From Chloroflexota bacterium (GTDB lineage Bacteria > Chloroflexota > Anaerolineae > Anaerolineales > UBA4823), in contig JBBILY010000002.1 in NCBI GenBank assembly GCA_037444705.1, positions 1 to 52,662 of the forward strand: DNA of 52,662 nt. The letters run 5' to 3'. Positions 17,861 to 24,856 of the stretch are shown piece by piece; within the stretch, counting starts at the first letter, position 1; the number at the start of each line of letters is the position of its first letter. The translations under genes were made by a program, and so were the position numbers. Below the pieces are notes generated by a model. That model was given only the letters and a program-made list of their open reading frames with translations, was not told where the DNA came from and did not search any database.

Positions 17861-19054
17861 TCAGCGTCTCAGATAAAGCGTATAGGCTCCGGTGTCAATA
17901 TCGGGCCCACCCGGACCACCTTCCAGCCCCTCGATGAACCCTTCGAGGAAGTAACCCTCGATGGTTTTAGGGTTGGAAGCGTTACTGCCTGGAATATCCG
18001 CGAAGATGCCCAGGTCTCTGGCGGCCTTATGCCCCGGACATTCCGCTCCCTGGGAATTGACACAGGTGATGTAGAAGGCAGCAAAGGAAATGATGTGATA
18101 GTAGTAATTGCCTCCAGAATAATCTTGGATGTTATCTTCAGGATGGACTTTATCTGGACAACCTTGCTCAGGCTCATCATCGCAGAGTTGGTCGAAGACG
18201 GGCACGATAACAATGTGCCCTTCCAGGTCTTCGGCGGCATGGTAGACATTGGTGGCTGTACCTGGCTGCCCGCCCACCCAGGTGTGAATCGCCAGATCGG
18301 GCACGTTCTGCCCATTCACCCAATCTACCAGTTCTTCGGAACCGCCACCATCACCATTCAGATCCAACCAGGCGCGATCGCCATTGGCGACCAGGTCATC
18401 ATCCCCATCGTTATCCAGGTCGCAATCCAGATAGCCGCCCTGACTCTGGCATATCTGGTTCAGATCATCCGGCGTGGACTGCGAATCCATGATGATATAC
18501 AATTCAGGATAGATGCCAGGCGGGTTTGGCGGCGGGTTGTTCAAATGGTGTTCAAGTTCCGCCTGGGTCAAGCGATCTTCCTCACAATCCTCACTATCGG
18601 ATTCTTGTGGGACAGCCGGCGGACGGCAAACCCAGGCCACAGGCAATACGCCTTCGCCGAGGGTGGGCGAGAAACAGCCGGCGCTGGCGCTGGCTTGCAC
18701 GGGAATTTGCCCCCGGCCAATGAGGTGGGCGAAAAAGGTATTGTTTATGGGGATCATAGCGGTGACATCCACCATTCTGGTTTCCAGGCTGGCATTAACC
18801 ACTGCGCTTTGAGCCCCATTGCGAGCCGCATAATCTTCTGCAACAGATACCGCCAGACTCTCGCTTTTGCTCAGGCACAAGGTGCGCGCTCCAGCCAGGG
18901 CGGCGGCGTCGGCGGCGTTCTGCGCCTGGCGGCGCTTGGCGAAAGCCATCCCGCCATCGAAGACCAGCGCCAGGATAGCCATAAAGGCGATGATCATCAG
19001 GGCAAACAAAACCAGAGATTGTCCCCGCTGAGTAGAGATACTTGGCTTGTTCAT
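17861..19054 (-). CDS. TadG-like pseudopilin/pilus-tip protein with a Cys- and Asp-rich ectodomain
   Basis: The start is set at ATG 19054, with GAGGAGGA 8 nt upstream. The N-terminus is QRGQSLVLFALMIIAFMAILALVFDGGMAFAKRRQAQNAADAAALAGA, a TadE/G-like hydrophobic segment. The remainder has about 12 Cys and acidic DxDxDG loops. Confidence 0.7.
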   Translation of the reverse strand: MNKPSISTQRGQSLVLFALMIIAFMAILALVFDGGMAFAKRRQAQNAADAAALAGARTLCLSKSESLAVSVAEDYAARNGAQSAVVNASLETRMVDVTAMIPINNTFFAHLIGRGQIPVQASASAGCFSPTLGEGVLPVAWVCRPPAVPQESDSEDCEEDRLTQAELEHHLNNPPPNPPGIYPELYIIMDSQSTPDDLNQICQSQGGYLDCDLDNDGDDDLVANGDRAWLDLNGDGGGSEELVDWVNGQNVPDLAIHTWVGGQPGTATNVYHAAEDLEGHIVIVPVFDQLCDDEPEQGCPDKVHPEDNIQDYSGGNYYYHIISFAAFYITCVNSQGAECPGHKAARDLGIFADIPGSNASNPKTIEGYFLEGFIEGLEGGPGGPDIDTGAYTLYLRR

Positions 19055-19150
19055 CTTATCTATCCTCCTCTCTCGAGGCTCCAGCACAACCCCACTGGAT
19101 ACTGCTACACCGTTACCATACACCTCTTAGCCTCATTGCTATCCCAAGCA

Positions 19151-19564
19151 TTAGCGTTCCAGGCGCATGGTCGCCTGAGCATTCATGGGAAGCGACTGGG
19201 TCGACTCGCCTAACAGTTTGGGCAGAATGGGCGTGGCGGTGCGGAAGGCATAGGTCACAGTCACCCGTACAATGTCGGACTTCCCATCACCGTCGGTATC
19301 AATAAATTCGGGGGTGATCACCAAATTGCTCCCCAGGCCAGCTGCTAATCGGCGGGCTGCATTGCGCGTGTCATTTTCTCGGGTGAAACTATCCCAATGC
19401 ACCGCGCCATAGCGCGCCCCTTCACGCGCGGCGTTATGGATGGCGCTGTAATAATATGCTGCCCGCCCCAAATCCAGGATGATCATCGCCATCAGCAGGA
19501 AGATGGGCAGCAACAGGGCAAATTCCACCAGCGCTTGTCCTAAGGCAAAGCCTTTGCGTTTCAT
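19151..19564 (-). CDS. TadE-like pseudopilin
   Basis: 137 aa. The N-terminus GQALVEFALLLPIFLLMAMIILDLGRA and the AAREGARYG motif match the TadE family. It also contains DTDGDGKSD. Confidence 0.75.
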   Translation of the reverse strand: MKRKGFALGQALVEFALLLPIFLLMAMIILDLGRAAYYYSAIHNAAREGARYGAVHWDSFTRENDTRNAARRLAAGLGSNLVITPEFIDTDGDGKSDIVRVTVTYAFRTATPILPKLLGESTQSLPMNAQATMRLER

Positions 19565-20082
19565 GGCACCATCATCTCCGCCGAACGGGTGATGGTCAAG
19601 GTGTTCGGCAACCCAAGGAACTGCAGCACCGGTATCAACGGGCGAAAGATAGCCGTCACACTGACTCGGGCCGGAGAGCCATTGTCACACCACCCATCAG
19701 GCCCACTGGGTGGTTCGGGTTCATTGTCAAGACAGTAGGCTACGACATTGTTAGGATTGATATAAATCAGATTGCCATTGTCGCAACGTCCATCGGCGTT
19801 CGTATCCGGGCAGTCCACCACAGCCGCGCTCTTCGTGCCGCTGAACCCGTTGTTCAGGTCGTCTGGGTGTAAGGTCAGGTAACGCGCCCCTTCGCGGGCG
19901 GCGTTAGCCACGGTGATGGCGGTGAAATAGGCGCGCCCCAGATCAAGCAATACCACGCCAATAACCAACAGAAAAGGCAGGACGATCGCGAACTCAACCA
20001 GACCCTGGCCCCAGAAGAAGAGCCTCCTTTCACCCGCCTGGTTCTGCCTGTTTTTCGATGGGTGAGCCTGCACCTGGCTCAT
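19561..20082 (-). CDS. TadE-like pseudopilin with a Cys/Asp-rich insertion
   Basis: 173 aa with GQGLVEFAIVLPFLLVIGVVLLDLGRA, AAREGARYL and an insertion CPDTNADGRCDNGN...WCDNG. A 4-nt overlap links it to the next gene. Confidence 0.75.
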   Translation of the reverse strand: MSQVQAHPSKNRQNQAGERRLFFWGQGLVEFAIVLPFLLVIGVVLLDLGRAYFTAITVANAAREGARYLTLHPDDLNNGFSGTKSAAVVDCPDTNADGRCDNGNLIYINPNNVVAYCLDNEPEPPSGPDGWCDNGSPARVSVTAIFRPLIPVLQFLGLPNTLTITRSAEMMVP

Positions 20083-20089
20083 AAGACAC

Positions 20090-20707
20090 CTATAGATTGA
20101 CCTGCCGTATTCTTACAAACTCGTCAAAATTATCTTTGAAAATCGCTACCAGTTGTGGATCGAACAAGACACCGCTATTATCCAGGATGAGTTGGTAAGC
20201 TTCATCCACCGGTAGTTCATCCTTATAAGGCCGGCGGGTGGTCAGGGCATCGAAGATATCGGCCAGAGCGCAGATGCGCCCACTGAGCGGGATGGCCTCA
20301 CCTTTCAGCCCCTGAGGATAGCCCGAACCATCCCAGCGTTCATGATGGGTCAGAGCGATGATCTCGCCTGCTTGAAGGATGGGGGAGGGAGAGCCTCTTA
20401 AAATCTCGGCGCCGATCAGGGGATGCTGGCGAATCAAATCCCATTCGGCGGGGGTTAGTTTGCCGGCTTTGGTCAGGATAGAGCGGGGTATGCCAATTTC
20501 ACCAATATCATGCAGCATACTGGCGTAAGAGATAATCTCCACGTCACTCGGGAACATGCCCAGTCCCTTCGCCAGAACATAACAATAACCGCGAATGCGT
20601 TCCAGATGTTGTCGTGTCCCCGCTTCTCCATACTCCGCCAGGAGAGCCATCCGCCGAACGACATCTAGCAGTTCTCTACCGGTTACATCTAATAACGTTT
20701 TGCTCAT
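20090..20707 (-). CDS. stand-alone HD-GYP domain protein (putative c-di-GMP phosphodiesterase)
   Basis: 205 aa with HDIGEIGIP (HD) and HHERWDGSGYPQG (HHExxDGxxGYP). There is no receiver or sensor domain. Its stop lies 7 nt before the tadE-like start. Confidence 0.85.
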   Translation of the reverse strand: MSKTLLDVTGRELLDVVRRMALLAEYGEAGTRQHLERIRGYCYVLAKGLGMFPSDVEIISYASMLHDIGEIGIPRSILTKAGKLTPAEWDLIRQHPLIGAEILRGSPSPILQAGEIIALTHHERWDGSGYPQGLKGEAIPLSGRICALADIFDALTTRRPYKDELPVDEAYQLILDNSGVLFDPQLVAIFKDNFDEFVRIRQVNL

Positions 20708-20919
20708 GCGCCAATAACCTTATTCGTTTCCCAAAATTAACGGTCCTCAGGCTTATGGGAGTGCAACACAGGTCTGCATTTTGGCTTGTTGGTGGTTGTA
20801 CCCCTGGCTTGAAGAGATTCCAAGACTCTTAAAGAACGAATTCAACACGTCAGAGAGGTATCTTGATCTACCAAAGATGAGGTATTATCTCTGAGCCTTC
20901 CAAGTCCAACAACTTTCCC

Positions 20920-22563
20920 TTATTTAAACACCGATTGTAAATACGCTGTGGGGTCAATATAACGTGCCCGAATCCAGGTGGCGCTGGTGTTGATGGGAAT
21001 AGAGGGCTTAACCTTCAGGTCGGTGTCCCAGGTAGCCCCATAAGCCACCGCAAAATGCAACGATGGGGTTGCGTGACGTGGGACATCTTCCAGTATCCCC
21101 ACAGGATATCCAGTTGTATATCTCTCCCCTACCTTTAACGCAGATAGTGCACTTAAGTTACTATATATAGTCAAAATCTGTGCGCCATCGGGCTGGCAAT
21201 GACGAAAAATAGCAATTTTACCTGGTTGGCAGCGATACGCCTCCCCCACATAAAGGCAAACCCCATTCGTTACCAGATAAGCCCGCTCGGCTAAGGATTC
21301 TTCCCTGGTCACCAGAAAATCCACACCCTCGTGATTCTCAGGATGTAGATATTTTCTATTTGCAATATTACCATAAATTGGGGGATGAAAACTATCAGCA
21401 ATGATAAGAGAATCCGAATTTAAGATCGCAGGAGCCAGCAGCCAATAATTACACTCGGCTTCCCACTCGTAGACATCGCGCTGAGAAGCCACCATCACCA
21501 GATAATCGCGCACAAACTTGAAATATTTGCGAACGGCGAGGGCCGTATCCCCGTCGGGCGCTAGAAATTGCCCAAACACTAACTCTTTCATCTCGTCGTC
21601 ATTCTCGACCAACGCTATAATTCCTAACGCATACCGCACGAAAGCCATGAACTTCTTACCAGGGTCAGCCTTACCCAGTTGAATTTCATGGTGACCCAGG
21701 AGATTGCTGGCCGGGATGCGATAGCGTTTCATCACCGCCCAAACCACTGAAAGCAGATTGGCCAACTGTTGTTGGCTGGGGAAGTGTTGAGGGGTGTCGA
21801 AATCATAACCGCAAATCTCGATCGCAACGGTGTAGAAGTTGGGATCGCGCACAGGCCCATCGAATAAGTCCTGAAGCAAGGAGTGAATACCTGCCTCCTG
21901 ATAACCTAACTGGTACAGGGCACGCACGAAATATTGCTTGCCTTCACGATGCCCTGAGTAATCCAGGGGTTGCAGATGAGAAGCCAGAAAAGGCGTGCCA
22001 TCGCGGTCTGGTACCTGAGTCTGCAGGATGCCAACAGGGTCGGCGCCGCGAACATTCCCCCACGAGGGCTTCTCAGGGCCAATCAGGAAATGGGCGCTAG
22101 TGCGGGTGATGTAATCGCCGATGCGCCGCAGGCTATTAAACCCGCGTAGATAGCCGTCCACGGTCTTATCAAAGTTTTCCCTGTCGCCGTACCAGTGGAG
22201 CACAATTCCCCAGCCCGCGCCAGGCGTAAGCCGATCTCCAGTGCGGCTGCGCTCGATGTTCCACAATGTCTGAGCTACAGGCACCCTGCCCAGAGGGCGC
22301 CGGTCTTCTCCTAGGAGCAGCAGGTAGCCATCGGCGGCGAGGTGTGTGCGTGGGACTTTGGTCAAAATATTTTGGATGACGGGTGGAAGGTTTTCCAGTT
22401 TCAGGCGGGGCCAGGCAGGGCGAGCTTTACCCCCAGCCGGGACAGGGAGCGCAAGGGCAGCCAGATTGAGGCCGGCGAGTTTGAGAAACGCCCGGCGCGA
22501 GAAAAATAGATTGTCCTCCACCATCACGCATATCATAGCCGATAGTGGCGCAAAAGACATCAC
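20920..22563 (-). CDS. Tat-exported N-acetylmuramoyl-L-alanine amidase (Amidase_2/PGRP-type) fused to a degenerate M23/LytM domain
   Basis: Twin-arginine signal FSRRAFLKLAG; the likely start is M14 at 22524. Amidase_2 motifs are IVLHWYG, VAIEICG and LLGHHEIQLGKADPGKKF. The C-terminal M23-like domain has HEGVDF (HxxxD) but SLHF where HxH is expected. Confidence 0.7.
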   Translation of the reverse strand: MMSFAPLSAMICVMVEDNLFFSRRAFLKLAGLNLAALALPVPAGGKARPAWPRLKLENLPPVIQNILTKVPRTHLAADGYLLLLGEDRRPLGRVPVAQTLWNIERSRTGDRLTPGAGWGIVLHWYGDRENFDKTVDGYLRGFNSLRRIGDYITRTSAHFLIGPEKPSWGNVRGADPVGILQTQVPDRDGTPFLASHLQPLDYSGHREGKQYFVRALYQLGYQEAGIHSLLQDLFDGPVRDPNFYTVAIEICGYDFDTPQHFPSQQQLANLLSVVWAVMKRYRIPASNLLGHHEIQLGKADPGKKFMAFVRYALGIIALVENDDEMKELVFGQFLAPDGDTALAVRKYFKFVRDYLVMVASQRDVYEWEAECNYWLLAPAILNSDSLIIADSFHPPIYGNIANRKYLHPENHEGVDFLVTREESLAERAYLVTNGVCLYVGEAYRCQPGKIAIFRHCQPDGAQILTIYSNLSALSALKVGERYTTGYPVGILEDVPRHATPSLHFAVAYGATWDTDLKVKPSIPINTSATWIRARYIDPTAYLQSVFK

Positions 22564-22669
22564 GTCACAGAGGTATTTCGACCTACCTCATGGGGGGTAA
22601 TGGGGCGTCGCGCCTCAAGACAAATAGCCGCGCCTCGGCAGAGATTAGCCCCCAAAGGGTGCTTCGGAA

Positions 22670-23662
22670 TTACCCAGATTCCCCATATACCTGTGGATTG
22701 ACGCAATTGGGCAAGCGTTCGCCTCTCAAGCCAGCCTTCAAATTCTCCAACGCCATCTGCACCATCTTTCCCCGCGTCTCCACGCTGGCGCTGGCGATGT
22801 GAGGGGTAACGATCAGGTTATCCAGGCTGAGCAGGGGATGTTGCGGCGGGAGAGGTTCTGGCTCAGTGACATCGAGAGCAGCCGCGGCGATCTGCCCGCT
22901 CTTCAACGCCTGATACAGCGCCTGCGGGTCTACCACCGCGCCGCGGGCTGTGTTGATCAGGATGGCTGTAGGCTTCATCTTCGAAAAAGCCTCGGCATTG
23001 ATCATGTGATAGGTTTGCTCGTTTAACGGCACATGCAGCGAGATGAAGTCAGATAGGCGCAATAGGGTGTCCAGGGCTACCTTTTGTGGGCGGCTTTCAC
23101 CTGCCGCAGGCTCTTCTTGATGAAATGGGTCGTAATAAAGGACGCGCATCTCGAAGCCACGCGCCCGCCGCGCCAGGGCCTGGCCAATCCGACCGTACCC
23201 GATGATGCCTAACGTGGCGCGGTGCACATCCCGGCCCAAGAGTTGAGTCAGACCCCAGGTTTTCCATTTTCCCTCGCGCACGAAACGATCCCCTTCCCCA
23301 ATGCGACGGGCGGCTGCCATTAACAAGGCGAAGGCAAAGTCGGCGGTGGTCTCGGTGAGCACGCCAGGGGTATTGCCCACGGGGATGCCGCGCCGCGTGG
23401 CTTCAGCCACGTCAATATTATCGAAGCCCACAGCGCAGTTGCTGATCACTTTCAGGCCAGGGCCGGCGGCGTCCATTACTTCCGCGTCAATGCGTTCGGT
23501 GAGCAGGCATAGCAAGCCATCTTTGCCCCGCACCCGTTCCAAAAGCACTGAGCGCGGCGGGGGGAGTTCTTCATCCCACAGGTCTACGGCGCAGAAAGAA
23601 CGGGCGAAGTTCAGTTTCTCCTCAGGGATTCTACGGGTGATCAACACCTTGGGTGTGCTCAT
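22670..23662 (-). CDS. D-isomer-specific 2-hydroxyacid dehydrogenase (glyoxylate/hydroxypyruvate reductase-like)
   Basis: NAD-binding GIIGYGRIGQALARR and catalytic-region motifs (NTARG, TPHIASA). The start is uncertain: MSTPKVLITRR at 23662 is preferred, because the track start at 23692 runs into a terminator hairpin. Confidence 0.85.
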   Translation of the reverse strand: MSTPKVLITRRIPEEKLNFARSFCAVDLWDEELPPPRSVLLERVRGKDGLLCLLTERIDAEVMDAAGPGLKVISNCAVGFDNIDVAEATRRGIPVGNTPGVLTETTADFAFALLMAAARRIGEGDRFVREGKWKTWGLTQLLGRDVHRATLGIIGYGRIGQALARRARGFEMRVLYYDPFHQEEPAAGESRPQKVALDTLLRLSDFISLHVPLNEQTYHMINAEAFSKMKPTAILINTARGAVVDPQALYQALKSGQIAAAALDVTEPEPLPPQHPLLSLDNLIVTPHIASASVETRGKMVQMALENLKAGLRGERLPNCVNPQVYGESG

Positions 23663-23690
23663 GGCGTGGCCCATCCTTGATCTCTGAACC

Positions 23691-23720
23691 AAACAAGCCC
23701 CAAGGGGGCTTGTTTTTTTG
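23691..23720. terminator. strong hairpin with flanking A-run and T-run (bidirectional-looking intrinsic terminator)
   Basis: AAACAAGCCCC-AAG-GGGGCTTGTTT forms an 11-bp stem (23691-23715) followed by TTTTG on the plus strand. It sits 31 nt downstream of the minus-strand SWIM gene. The T-run is better in the plus orientation, although no plus-strand gene lies upstream. Confidence 0.55.
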
Positions 23721-23745
23721 CTACAAACCTTATGGGATAAATTGG

Positions 23746-23991
23746 TTAAACCTGGAAGACCGATTCTGGGAGCATACCTTCCAGAATCTTTTCCAAAGCC
23801 ATGGTATGGCTACAGCGTCCGCGCGTCTGGAAGAAATCACAATCGCATTGCCAGGCACCATTCTCCAGGCGTATCAGGTGGGGGTTATTCTCCCCGGCGA
23901 AGGTTACCGTTAGCGATTCAATGCGAAAACGATGGCGTTGCTCAGCATATCGCTTTGCCTTTTCGATCTTTCCGATCATACCATAGTCCAT
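23746..23991 (-). CDS. small SWIM-type zinc-finger protein
   Basis: CxCx9CxH signature (WQCDCDFFQTRGRCSH). The start is set at ATG 23991 (MDYGMIGK) with AAGGAG upstream; the longer track start at 24030 lies inside the upstream terminator. Confidence 0.55.
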   Translation of the reverse strand: MDYGMIGKIEKAKRYAEQRHRFRIESLTVTFAGENNPHLIRLENGAWQCDCDFFQTRGRCSHTMALEKILEGMLPESVFQV

Positions 23992-24014
23992 TCGCGCCGA
24001 TCTCCTTTCAAAAA

Positions 24015-24051
24015 GGGAATAAAAAAGCACGCGGGAGGAGGCGCGTGCTTT
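24015..24051 (-). terminator. intrinsic terminator after the holin-IV-like gene
   Basis: AAAGCACGCG (24024-24033) pairs with CGCGTGCTTT (24042-24051) around an 8-nt loop. On the minus strand it is followed by TTTTTTATT. Confidence 0.6.
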
Positions 24052-24168
24052 GGGATACCTGGGATCTATTTTCAGAGGATGCGCTTGGTTTCACTCTATT
24101 CCTCCGCTTGTTATCAGTATAAGCCGAGTCTCGTTGAAAGTCAACATGAATTTTGGCGGGTTTTCGGT

Positions 24169-24540
24169 CTATTTTTTGCGTTCATCCCCGAGGATCAGGC
24201 TTAAGATCACCGAGACCAGACTGACCACGATCGAACCCAGCAAAGCCGACCAGAAACTATCCACCGTGAAACCCACGCCAAAAGCCGTGCCAATCCTACC
24301 CGCCACAATGAAGAGCAGGGCATTGATAATTAAACTGAACAGCCCTAAAGTGAGCAAGATCAAAGGGCAGGTGAGGAACTTCAGCAGCGGCCCTAAAAAG
24401 GCATTGACCACCCCAAATATCAGCGCCAACCAGATAAATGACAGCCAGTTTTGGCTTTGGGGCTGAATGCCCGGCACCAGGGCCACCGCCACATAGAGTG
24501 CAATGGCATTGATTGCCCAACGCAAGAGAAAGCGGCTCAT
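24169..24540 (-). CDS. 4-TM membrane protein, phage-holin superfamily IV-like (YvlD/DUF360-type)
   Basis: 123 aa with four hydrophobic helices. The N-terminus RWAINAIALYVAVALVPGI is typical of this family. Confidence 0.65.
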   Translation of the reverse strand: MSRFLLRWAINAIALYVAVALVPGIQPQSQNWLSFIWLALIFGVVNAFLGPLLKFLTCPLILLTLGLFSLIINALLFIVAGRIGTAFGVGFTVDSFWSALLGSIVVSLVSVILSLILGDERKK

Positions 24541-24735
24541 GATCGTCTATCCTTTCTGCGTCAGATAAGTTCTCGCCTGCCTCATGCGCAGTGGTGGCCA
24601 AAGGTTAATAGACCGAGATCCACCCAGTGCCAGCAACAGGCTATTGAATCTTACCCTAATTTGGGCTGAATTGGTGAAGGACTCGTTATAATTGGGTTCA
24701 ATCGGTTTGCATCGTGCGTTACGCGGAGGCCCGCC

Positions 24736-24849
24736 ATGGATTTTGAACACTTGATGATTTTTGTGGATGCTTCTCAGACGTTGAATTTTTCTGAAACTGC
24801 GAAACGATTGCACATCAGCCAGCCCACGGTAAGTAAGTCCATCCAGTAA
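24736..24849 (+). pseudogene. 37-codon remnant of a LysR-family regulator (N-terminal HTH only)
   Basis: ATG 24736, preceded by GGAGG, encodes MDFEHLMIFVDASQTLNFSETAKRLHISQPTVSKSIQ and then TAATAA (24847-24852). This is the canonical LysR HTH, cut in the recognition helix. mutL starts 5 nt later. Confidence 0.6.
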
Positions 24850-24856
24850 TAACCTT

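Noticed and set aside
17843-19213. 456-aa plus-strand ORF antisense to the tadG-like gene. Similar long antisense ORFs occur at 5632-6447, 3102-3683, 11287-11907, 12006-12623 and 49879-50622.
   Set aside because: Each lies fully opposite a gene with clear family motifs. The translations are low-complexity and Arg/Gly/His-rich with no recognisable domains, as expected of stop-poor antisense frames in GC-rich DNA.
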